Shown here one piece after another: positions 52,100 to 64,000 of a stretch of 64,000 nt of DNA; the stretch's first letter is position 1; every line of letters begins with the position of its first letter. The stretch is taken from positions 26,474,001 through 26,538,000 of the forward strand of contig OZ024764.1 in the NCBI GenBank assembly GCA_964016885.1, written 5' to 3'. Origin of the DNA: Eledone cirrhosa (lineage: Eukaryota). The position numbers were made by a program, and so were the translations under genes. The notes under the pieces were generated by a model, which ran no database searches, was not told where the DNA came from, and saw only the letters and a list, made by a program, of their open reading frames with translations.

Positions 52100-53314
52100 A
52101 ACAGAAGTATTATGGGTATGGAAAAAATTCTAAATAAGCCTACAACAGTCATTGCGGGCCACTCTGACTGGTCAGGTGGGCTCGATTGTGGCCCGCGGGC
52201 CGCCTGTTGTACGCCCCTCCTTTAGACAGAATATCTATCACTGTTAAGTAATAATGTGATCTGTCGGCCAACTACATTTTCCAGCCTGTGGCGTTTGGGG
52301 GAGTCGGGATAATGACTGCGAGATTCCTATCTTCACTGGCGGCTAGCCTGACGAAGGTGACTGGTGAAGCTCGTGAGGGCACTTGGTTGTTCCAGCTCCT
52401 CAGCCTCGCCATCGCCCGAGGTAACGCTGCAGACGTGCTGGCTTGCCTAAAAAATCATTAGAGAGGTTTCCCAGTGCTCCTCGCGATACTGTTAACTTTT
52501 GATCTAGTAGCAGCTCGTTTGTCCACCCCTTTCGCCTGCCTTTGGTTGTATGTCGTCCTAGATGTGTGTATTACCTGCTTGTGTGTTGTATGTGGTCCTA
52601 GATGTGTTATTACCTGCTTATGTGGTCCTAGATGTATGTATTACCTGCTGGTGTGTTGTATGTGGTCCCAGATGTGTGGATTACCTGTTTTTGTGTTGTA
52701 TGTGGTCCCAAATGTGTGTGCTACCCGCTTCTGTGATTTGTTTCTTCTTCCTCTCTTCCGAGAAACAATCGTGCATTTTTTAAATCTATTCCATGCGTTA
52801 AGTAATTAGCAGCAACAACAAACTGATTTTCAGTTGTAAAAAGAATCTTTAAACCTTCACCATTTACATTAACACATACCATACGTTGTCCCAGCCACAA
52901 ATAAACAGTAAAAAAAACTTACTTTGCGGTTAAATTCGTCACAATTAAAAGAAAAATATTTCTAACACGTTTCTAGACAACACCAAGTTTACACCTTCAA
53001 TATCCGGTAAAAGTAAAAACAAATTCTGGAGACATTTAACGAAACGAAACTATGTAAAGAAAAACGAAAATTAAACGAAGACAAATAGTAAATTTTAATT
53101 TTTATTAAATAAAATACCAGTAATTCACTGCAGTAGATTTAATCAACTTTACTCTCTCTGCACAAAAGAAGAAAAAAATTCCTGACTTAGTGCTTAATAT
53201 ATAGAGAGGGGGAGAGTTTGGTGTTTCTTCATATAGAGAGGGGTATTGGAAGAGAGTGCCGTGTAGTAGATATAGAGAGGGAGAGAGTTAGTGCTAATTG
53301 ATATAAAGAGGGGG

Positions 53315-53667
53315 ATATTCAAATTATCCCCTGTGGGGCGTGCACCCCACGTTGAGAATACCTCATAAATAAATATATGTGAGTGTGTTTCTATGACTGC
53401 TATTTCTAGCAGGTTTACTGCAGTCCTGTAGACGCACAACAAAAACCGGAAGTGGCAGCCATTAAAAAACTTTGGCTTAAAATCAGGCAAAAGTTTTTTA
53501 ACAATTTGCCAAGAAAGATAACTCTTGTCTTACTTAATCGCAAAAATCGAGGCAAAAATTTTGCGGGTGTGCAGTTTGTTTGGTGTATTTGACTGCTATT
53601 TCTAGCATGTATGGACACTTTAGAAATAGCAGCGAAAAACGGAAAACAGCAGAAAGAAGGACACACA

Positions 53668-53701
<34 letters not shown>

Positions 53702-54360
53702 AGCTATACACTCACCCATACATATATATATATATATACCAGCTATACACACACCCATATCTACGTATAGGTGTGTGTGCGCGCGTGTATGTATATATAA
53801 ATATATATATTTAAATGTATATATCTGTGCATATATATATGTATATATGTATATATATATATATATATACAGATACATAATTATATATATATATATACGT
53901 GTGTGACCTTCTTTCTTATGTTTCCCGTGTTTTGCTGCTATTTCTAAAGTGTCCATATATGCTAGAAATAGCAGTCAAATACACCAAACAAACTGCACAC
54001 CCGCAACATTTTTGCCTCGATTTTTGCGATTAAGTAAGACAAGAGTTATCTTTCTTGGCAAATTGTTAAAAAACTTTTGCCTGATTTTAAGCCAAAGTTT
54101 TTTAATGGCTGCCACTTCCGGTTTTTGTTGTGCGTCTACAGGACTGCAGTAAACCTGCTAGAAATAGCAGTCATAGCAACACACTCACATATATTTATTT
54201 ATGAGGGATTCTCAACGTGGGGTGCACGCCCCACAGGGGATAATTTGAATATAATAGGGGTCAATTTGAAAGTCATATAATACGACCCAACTCCCTGTTA
54301 CACTTCGTATACACATGTTATCGTGTATCTGGCAGCACCTGCGAGAAGTTTGTTTACATT
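53315..54360. repeat. Fold-back structure (copy of 14984-15970, left arm truncated)
   Basis: Inverted arms ~53315-53670 and ~53900-54260 around a TA-rich spacer. Confidence 0.9.
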
Positions 54361-54385
54361 AATAAAAACGATGATTCGTTGTCTT

Positions 54386-54719
54386 CAGTAGTTCCAAACC
54401 TTTTTTGCTCCATGCCCCACCTCAACGTTTAAAAATTAGGTTTATGTTCCCCTTTAATATAGAAATAAACCGAGTCTTGTAAAAGTGTTACTACTGTAAT
54501 ATAAAGTAGAAATGCTTTAATTAAACAAAGCTACGATGCCGCGATGATCAAAACAAACTTCAAAATATAAACAAACTTCTCGTAGCTGCTGCCAGATACA
54601 CGATAACATGTGAACAAAGTGTAACTGGAAGTTTGGTCGTATTATATCACTTTCTAATTGGCCCCTATTAAATTCAAATTGCCCCCTGTGGGGCGTGTAC
54701 CCTTCGTTGAGAATCCCTG
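54386..54719 (+). mobile_element. Near-complete ~330-bp hAT-type MITE
   Basis: Imperfect TIRs cagtagttccaaac ... gttgagaatccctg (rc cagggattctcaac); no clear TSD. Confidence 0.55.
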
Positions 54720-55436
54720 ATATATAAATATACATAAGTGTGTTGTTATGACTGCTATTTCTAGTAGGTTTCTGGCTGTCCTGTAGACGCACAACAAAAA
54801 CCGGAAGTGGCAGCCATTAAAAAACTTCGGCTTAAAATCAGCCAAAAGATTTTCAATAATAGTAAAATTTTATTTTTGACAAGGACGATAACTTTTGTCT
54901 TACTTAATCGCAAAAATCGAGGCAAAAATTTTGCGGGTGTCCAGTTAACACGCTAAAATAAACCTGCTAGAAATAGCAGTCATAGCCACTCACATATATT
55001 TATATATCATATATATATATATATATATATATATCAGCCAAACACACACACTTATATATGTACGTGTGTGTGTGTTGACCGCTATATATATATATAGCAG
55101 CCAAACACATACACAGACACACATATATATATATATACATGTGTGTGTCCTCCTCTCGTCTATGGCTGTTATTTTTACATTGTCCTTTTTGTTATTTTTC
55201 TCGGGATTTGCCCGGATTCGAACATGCGACCACCTATTTACAATATAGAATCTTTACAGCTTTACTGACTTTTAAGTAATCCAAGTTGTAACCCCGGATT
55301 TAGGGGTGTTTAATTTATTTTGAAGTATTTTATTATTGGTCTTAGTTAGACGATCGTCCAAGACCATGCTGGGGCATATATATATATATGTATATATATG
55401 TGTGTGTGTGTGTGTATGCTGGGGCATATATATATA

Positions 55437-55496
<60 letters not shown>

Positions 55497-56190
55497 CTGG
55501 GGCATATATATATATGTGTGTGTGTGTATATATATATATGTGTGTGTGTGTGTGTCCTTTCTGTTATTCGCTGCTATTTCTAAAGTGTCCATATATATAT
55601 CATATATATATATATATGATATATAAATATATGTAAGTGAGTTGCTATGACTGCTATTTCTAGCAGGTTTATTTTTAGCGTGTAAACTGCACACCCTCAA
55701 AATTTTTGCCTCGATTTTTGCGATTAAGTAAGACAAAAGTTATCGTCCTTGTCAAAAATAAAATTTTACTATTATTGAAAATCTTTTGGCTGATTTTAAG
55801 CCAAAGTTTTTTAATGGCTGCCACTTCCGGTTTTTGTTGTGCGTCTACAGGACTGCAGTAAACCTGCTAGAAATAGCAGTCATAGCAACACACTCACATA
55901 TATTTATTTATGAGGGATTCTCAACGTGGGGTGCACGCCCCACAGGGGATAATTTGAATATAATAGGGGTCAATTTGAAAGTCATATAATACGACCCAAC
56001 TCCCTGTTACACTTCGTATACACATGTTATCGTGTATCTGGCAGCACCTGCGAGAAGTTTGTTTACATTTTGGGGTTTGCTTTGATGATCGCTGCATCGC
56101 AGCTTTGTTTAAATAAAGGGTTTCTACTTTATATTACAGTAATAACACTTTTACAAGACTCGGATTGTTTTTATATTAAAGGGGACATGT
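54430..56190. repeat. Second, longer fold-back structure absent from the first macro-unit
   Basis: Inverted arms ~54430-55000 and ~55620-56190 (ORFs 54654-54845 minus and 55786-55989 plus are homologous). Confidence 0.85.
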
Positions 56191-59100
56191 TTTTTAAACT
56201 CTGAACTCAGCATCTTTCTGTTGTTCTCCGGGATTCTAGCAAAGTATAAAAATATATATATATATATATAGATATATATATATATATCTGGCAGTCAACC
56301 TCAGACTCGAAAAAGCCGCCGCTAATCGTGATCGTTGGGGTTACAATTAGACTAAAGTGCTTCCACTGGGCACCATTAGCTGGTTGTGATCATTGGAGAA
56401 TTCTTTCTGCGCTGAAAGAGCCTAGGACAAAAATATATATATATAGATGTCGAAACGGCAGTAGCACAGCCGTTGGGGTCCTGAATATTTTCACATCTAT
56501 ATATGTGTGTGTATTCTGCGACATTTATAATTACATAAGCAAGCATATTTGAATAACAAAATTTGAGGTTTAAATACTTTATTTTTTACCAATAACATAG
56601 AGAAAGGCATGAACAACACCACATGTTAATTACTTTAATATTGAAAGTAGGCTTATAAATATTAAAAAAGCAGATTTTTGTATCTTGCATGGTGGTCTGG
56701 TGGGTGATACCAGAGATGGTGGTAGTCCTGGTTTCGGTTTCAATCCTGGTCATGGGTTACATATAAGGTCTCATTTTTTTTTTTCTTTCTTTCAGTTTTC
56801 TTCTTATCTCTAGATATAAATATATATACATAAGGTAATTTGGTAGAATTGTTAGAACATCAGATAGAATTCTTTGCAGTATTTTTCCTGTTCTTTACTC
56901 TGAGTTCAACTTTACCTTTCTTCCATTCGGTGTCGATAAGTCTTGAATATGTCTAACGCAGCAATAACTGGAGCTACTTAACCAAGTTTTCCCAACCTAG
57001 TCGATGTCACCTACTGGTTGGCGATTTAAACTGTTGGCTGGGACAATGACCAACTAATCAGTCAGATTCGAACTCACTATGTCTGGCATATATTTTATAT
57101 TTTATATTTGAATGAAGTTCTGTAAGTAACCTGGTGGCTTAGATGGCAATACTGCTCGAATAGATGGCTTCTATTATGAAGTTATAAGTTCATTCCCTAT
57201 CCAGGATTGTAGAATTAATTTTATTTAGTTATTATTTAATCAATTGTTTTAACAAACAAATTATATCTATAAAACGCCAAATATAGTGAGTTCAAATCTG
57301 ACTGACATGCATGGTATATATTTATGTTTCATTATACAGCGACACAATACACAGGAACTTATAAAGATATGTATATATTGTCCAGGAGTTTCGAGTTTAG
57401 TGGGAATTGGTACAACTCTCAATTGGAGCTAGTCCCTGCAAGACCAGCATAAATAATGTTATACCTTTTCATGAAATCTTGCACACCCGATATTTTATAC
57501 ATGATTATCTAAAGGTGAACAAAAACCAAAGAACATTGTGCAGCATTTCTCAACCTTTCTACCCATGTCGATCTCTTGAAATAGTTTTTATGTCTCAGGG
57601 AAGCCCTGCATAAAATATACTTTTTCTATCTCTAGAGCAGTGGTTCCCAAATCGTGTGTTGCGAGATGAAACAAGATGAGCTGCAAAAGACTAAGATTAA
57701 GTTTTATGATGTGAAAAATATAAAACTGAAATTTCATATAAAAGTTCAAATATAGCTACAGCCACAAACCTAGGCTCCACACCCCGCAATGCAGAGGATA
57801 GTAAGATAGTACCAAGGCCTGACTCACCTCTTCCACTCCATTGAGACCTCTGCCATACTTGGTCCCTGTACTGCTGATTTCCTCCATAAAGTCGGGAGGA
57901 AAGATGACAGGAGCCTCATGAGGAGGGGCGACTATTGTAGCAGGTGTCTCTGGCCTTGCTCCGAGGTAACGCTTTTACGTTTCTTCCACAGGTTGCGGCT
58001 GAGGGACCACTTAGACTGGGGTGAAGTGTTTGTCCCTCCCCCGACTTCTTACTTCTTTTTTTTTCTCCTTTTCATTTTCTTTTCTCTTCTTGCTTATCTC
58101 TGCTATACCACGGCATCAAAAACATATATGATATATGTATGTATGGTATAGGTGTATTTATATTTAGGATAGTTATCAAAGGTAAATAGACTGGTTGGAG
58201 CAATAACAGTCTTGTTTATGTATATACATATATATATATATTTACATGTTTGTTCTTGTATTTCCATAGAAAAGGTAAAGAAAAGAAGAGTGCTCTATGT
58301 ATTGTACAGAGCTATTTAATTACATAATAAACAACAGAATGGAAAACATTCAGACAGAGAAGAATGGATAATGAGCGTTGTAAGAGAAATTGGCCAACAA
58401 TTAATATTAATGGAAATGTAGAAGAATTTCATATTAGTGATATGAATGTTTCGTGTGATCACTGTGGAGCTTTGAAATTTAGAAATGAAAATTGTAACTG
58501 TTGTAATAAAGGAAAGGTTGTGTTGCCACCATTGCAAATATACCCTGAGAGACTGAGAAATCTCTTTGAAAGAGGCCAGGAAGCAGTTGATTTCACAGAA
58601 ACATCTGCAATTAAAACTACATTTATTTCACTTCATTTGGTGTTACCACCCGGCAGAGGCCCGTATAGCTTTCATATTCAGGGTCAAACATATCACTACA
58701 CCCCCATCTCTGTAATCTGCAGAAAATACACCACAATATGGCCAGTTATATATTATTGATGGGAACGAAGGTATGTAGCACAGATTGGAAGTACAACCAA
58801 ATAATTGTTTCTGGCACAAGGCCAGCAATTACTGGTACTTTATTCTATCGACCTCATAAGGATGAAAACAAAATCAACCTTGGAGGGATTTGAACCCAGA
58901 ACGTAAATGGCCATAACCCTATGCTGCAAAGCATGGTGTCTGGCGCTCAACCGATACTGCCAATCCACTGCCCTAGTACCAACAAATAATGACTGCTCAC
59001 CACAAAAAATGGCTATGATAAGAGAAGTGTTGCATGAATGTAATCCATATGTCGAAGTGTACAATACAATGCATGGCATCACAAATGAATATATATATAT

Positions 59101-60008
59101 ATATATATATATACTACTAAAGTGTATGTAAAATTTTAAAATAAATACTTAAATTCAATTTGTATAATTACACATACAATATGTTTTGTTGTAAAACCCT
59201 AAATAATGATTTAAGAAATGATGTCAATCTCTTTGTACAGAGAAAAACAATTTATATATATGCATTGTGTGCGCGTGTATACTCCATTTAAGACAGTGAA
59301 AAACCTAGTACCTCCTTCAAAGAATGCCAAATAGTTTATGCCTAAGGTGTAACACTAATTAAGTTACCGGTGTAGATATTTCAGTTGAACCCTGCTTCAA
59401 ACATGCATATTATTATTATATATTTTCAAACACACTTACATACATTATATTTATACACATAGAAATAATAAGTTAAAACTAAAGTATAATGATATAACAA
59501 CAGTATATAATAGTTTTCTTCACTTTATTGAAATGCAATCGTTTTAAAGAAAAAACATGACAGTATAAGAAATATTTAATATGATAACATAATATTTCAG
59601 GTAGGATGGTGGTTTCTCTATGATGGTGGTTTCTCTTTGAACTAATAATTGTTTCTATTTTAGGCACAAGGTCAGTAATTAACCAGTACATTACTGGTAC
59701 TTTATTTTATCGACCCCGTAAGGATGAAAGGCAAAGTTGACCTCGGATCGTAAAGGGACGTAACTATGCTGGAAAGCATGGCGTCACACCCTCTACCGAT
59801 ACTGCCAATTCACCATACAGTATAATTATACAAATATGCATATAGATAGCAATATATATACACTAATATGTATGTACATATTTACACATATGTACATATA
59901 TATAGGGAGAGAGAGAGACACATGTATGTATATATATATACACATGCGTGTATGCATGTGTGTTTATGTACATTCTTCGGTATATATATCGGTATACACA
60001 TCGGAGAC

Positions 60009-60306
60009 ACAGAGAGAGAGAGTTGAAACGAGAGGTGAGAGAGTTGAAACAAGAGAGGAGATGGTTGAAACGCGAGGAGAGAGAGAGAGTTGAAACGAGA
60101 GGAGAGAGAGAGAGTTGAAACGAGGAGAGAGTTGAAACAAGAGGGTGAGGGGAGAGAGGAAGAGAGAGAGAGAGAGGAAGAGAGAGAGAGGGGATGAGAG
60201 AGAGGAAGAGAGAGAGAGGGGAAGAGAGAGAGAGGGAGAGAAGGGGATGAAACAAGAGGGTGAGGGATGAAACAACAGAGAGAGGGGAGAGAAAGAGAGA
60301 GGGGAT

Positions 60307-60353
<47 letters not shown>

Positions 60354-60617
60354 ATTGAAACAAGAGAGAGATGAAACAAGTGAGGGATTAGAGAGAGATG
60401 AAACAAGTGAGGGATTAGAGTGTTGAAACAAGAGAGAGAGAGCGAGATGAAATGAGAGAAAGAGAGTGAGATGAAATGAGAAAGTGAGAGCGAGATGAAA
60501 CGAGACAGGGAGAGCGAGATGAAATGAGAGAGTGAGAGCGAGATGAAACGAGAGAGTGAGAGCGAGATGAAACGAGAGAGAGAGAGCGAGATGACACGAG
60601 ACAGAGAGAGCGAGATG

Positions 60618-60653
<36 letters not shown>

Positions 60654-61163
60654 TGAAACGAGAGAGAGAGTGCGAGATGAAACGAGAGTGAGAGAGCGAG
60701 ATGAAACGAGAGAGTGAGAGCGAGATGAAATGAGAGAGAGAGAGAACGAGATGAAATGAGAGAGAGAGAGAGCGAGATGAAATGAGACATAGAGAGATGA
60801 AACGAGAGAGAGATGAAACGAGAAAGAGAGGAAACGAGAGAGAGGAAACGAGAGTAGAGAGCGAGATGAAACAGGAGAGAGAGAGCGAGATGAAACAGGA
60901 GAGAGAGAGCGAGATGAAACGAGAGGGAGAGAGAGAGATAGAGGGAAATGAAACGACAGAGAGAGAGACAGATGAAACGAGGGATATAGAGATGAAACGA
61001 GAGAGAGAGATGAAACTCGAGAGAGGAAGAGAGAGATAGAATGAGAGAGAGGAAGAGAGAGATGAAACGAGAGAGAGGAAGACAGAGGTGAAACGAGAGA
61101 GAGAGAGAGAGCGAGATGAAACGAGAGAGAGCGAGATGAAACGAGAGAGAGGAAGAGATGAAA
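60009..61163 (+). repeat. GA-rich compound minisatellite
   Basis: As 7918-9152. Confidence 0.95.
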
Positions 61164-62095
61164 CTCTGTCATGGACATATCTGCCCCTGGGGCTAATAAT
61201 TGTCATGTAATGTTATGGACATCTCTGCCCCTGTGGTTAATAATTCTGTCATGTAATGTTATGGACATCTCTGCCCCTGTGGCTAATAATTCTGCCATGT
61301 AATGTTATGGTCATCTCTGCCCCTGTGGCTAATAAATGTCATGTAATGTTATGGACATCTCTGCCCCTGTGGCTAATAAATCTGTCATGTAATGTTATGG
61401 ACATCTCTGCCCCTGTGGCTAATAAATCTGTCATGTAATGTTATGGACATCTCTGCCCCTGTGGCTAATAATTCTGTCATGTAATGTTATGGACATCTCT
61501 GCCCCTGTGGCTAATAAATCTGTCATGTAATGTTATGGACATCTCTGCCCCTGTGGCTAATAATTCTGTCATGTAATGTTATGGACATCTCTGCCCCTTG
61601 TGGCTAATAATTCTGACATGTAATGTTATGGTCATCTCTGCCCCTGTGGCTAATAAATCTGTCATGTAATGTTATGGACATCTCTGCCCCTGTGGCTAAT
61701 AAATCTGTCATGTAATGTTATGGACATCTCTGCCCCTGTGGCTAATAAATCTGTCATGTAATGTTATGGACATCTCTGCCCCTGTGGCTAATAATTCTGT
61801 CATGTAATGTTATGGACATCTCTGCCCCTGTGGCTAATAAATCTGTCATGTAATGTTATGGACATCTCTGCCCCTGTGGCTAATAAATCTGTCATGTAAT
61901 GTTATGGACATCTCTGCCCCTGTGGCTAATAATTCTGTCATGTAATGTTATGGACATCTCTGCCCCTGTGGCTAATAATTCTGACATGTAATGTTATGGA
62001 CATCTCTGCCCCTGTGGCTAATAAATCTGTCATGTAATGTTATGGACATCTCTGCCCCTGTGGCTAATAATTCTGACATGTAATGTTATGGACAT
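61164..62095 (+). repeat. 46-bp satellite, ~20 copies
   Basis: As 9153-9495. Confidence 0.95.
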
Positions 62096-64000
62096 TGCTA
62101 TCTTGTTTCATCTCAAACAGCAAAGTGCAGGAAGAGAAAATTGTCGTGTACAGAACTGTGAATTAAGATTTAGAAGAGGATCAGATATGAGCTGCTCTAA
62201 TTTACCAACTAGTAATGATAGCTGTTGTTTTGTGGGGGATTGAGGGCACACCACCTGTACAAAGAGATATTATCATCTTTCCTAAAGACCATCCTCCTCA
62301 GAAAATACCACATAATTCATGCCACTTGGACCTCATGACCGACCCATAATGGTGAATTTTGGTGGCATAGTGCCATGGAGAGGAATGCAGGACCTGTGTT
62401 TGCAATAGACTGACAATGCAGGAGTATTACATATACTGTATAGCATATAGAGGAGGATTTAGTGCGATATATAGGGCAGGTAAATTATTTTAGCAGTATT
62501 TAGTGGATGCCTATATGAAAGTAGAGGGATGCAGGCTTCAATATTTGAGGAACAATCAAGCCCAATTGTGAGTGGATGAGTATAATGGTTTAATGAATTA
62601 TCTAAACAGATGATAACACTGAGCCTTAAAAAATGAAGACAAGATAAGAAACAGAGAAGACATTGACAGAATCGTGTCAGCAGAAATACCTGCATTGGAA
62701 GATGATCCAGTACTACATGAGCAGGTTTAAAAGTTTATGATCCACAGGCCATGTGGTTCTGGAAACTCTTTTCCCCCATTTATACAAAATGGATTTTTCC
62801 AAAAGAACTATCCAAAAACCTACAGAAGGGAAACATTATTGAACCTAAATGGATACCCAGAGTACAGGAGGTGCAAGACAGGAACTGCAGTGTAAATTGG
62901 ATGACATTCAGTAGATAACAGGAATGTTGTGCCATTTAATGCCTTTTTGATTAAGAAATATTGTGCACATATTAATGTTGAAGTTTGCGCTTCTGTAAAA
63001 AGTGTCAAGTACCTCTTTAAATATGTTACATGGGGCATGATTGTACATCTATAGAAGTAACAAATAATGCATTACCTAATGAGGCTCAGAACCAACACAA
63101 CCATGATGAAATAAGAACCTATCTTTGTTGCAGGTATGTGTCTCAGACAGAAGCAGTGTCGTGTCTCTCGGAATTTAAGCTTCATGGTACATCACATACA
63201 GTATACAGCCTAGCCACACACCCGGAGAACAAACAGAGTTCACTTTCAAAGAGGTAATGCTCAGGTTGTGGTAGAAATGCAGGGACCCTTGCTGCCTGGT
63301 TCAAGCTAAATGAACTTGCTTACACCTTCTGGGATGCCGCCTCACAAACTCCAATTATAAGCAGGATCAATAATAACGCTTCTATGGAATATTTCAATCC
63401 AGAACAGATTATGTAATGGCACAAGATTAGAAGTAGTAGAACTGCATAAACATTTTATCAAAGCTTCTCATATCTATGGTCCTTTGATGGGCAGGTGTGT
63501 TTTGATCCCAAGACTGAAGTTATCCCCCAGTGGTGCCAACATCCCTTTTACTTTGGAAAGACCCCAGTTTCCATTAAGACTGTCATATGCCATGACAATC
63601 AACAAGAACCATGGTCAAATACATGATAAAGTGGGTCTGTTCCTCCCTGAGCAAGTATTTAACCCTGGACAATTGTATGTTGCTTTTTCAAGAGTTCACA
63701 GACAGGTGTAAAAATTAATCCTACCAAACCCCCACCACTCCTACAACTGCTAGCTGTTAGCCCACCCCCAGCACCACCCAACCTCCGTTCTAGTCCCACC
63801 GTTAGAACCAATGCTGCTTACCCTGCCTCTTTTACTAGTTCACTCCGTCGCTCGAATTTCAAAGCTGGCCCTCTACACTTGGTCGTTGCCAGCTCACCAC
63901 CTGGTTGTGCTCTCTGTGTCCGCACTAGCCTGTACCTAAACACAATAAAATGTCACCTGTGCTACCAAAACTACCACAGGAACTGTGTCGGCATCAGCAA

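Larger units (their letters stand above)
58340..63711 (+). mobile_element. Degenerate Helitron RepHel (copy D) with SINE and ~3-kb insert (59082-62112)
   Basis: ORFs 58364, 63030 and 63484 homologous to copy A; same insert junctions. Confidence 0.9.

Overview
This is eukaryotic, repeat-saturated DNA with no intact protein-coding gene. The SINEs resemble cephalopod/Octopus tRNA-derived SINEs, recognised from memory and not searched. The window is built from about three copies of a ~12-kb macro-unit centred on a dead, internally deleted Helitron RepHel gene. Each macro-unit also carries CRE-like retrotransposon 3' remnants, hAT-type MITE pieces, SINEs, fold-back palindromes and VNTRs. Three amplification structures sit on top of this. 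(1) 2.6-2.7-kb tandem duplications: at each junction the Helitron is cut at a native hairpin, folded back, and joined to an 89-bp array in which a 28-bp element strictly alternates orientation, i.e. the concatemer expected from rolling-circle copying of an 89-nt dumbbell. (2) A 2.5-3-kb insert in the Helitron carrying a GA-minisatellite plus a 46-bp satellite; an empty site is present in the copy at 48.5-50.9 kb. (3) Expansion of that module into a ~23-kb inverted satellite domain (25.3-48.35 kb, centre ~38557). Nearly all long ORFs in the track are low-complexity artefacts.
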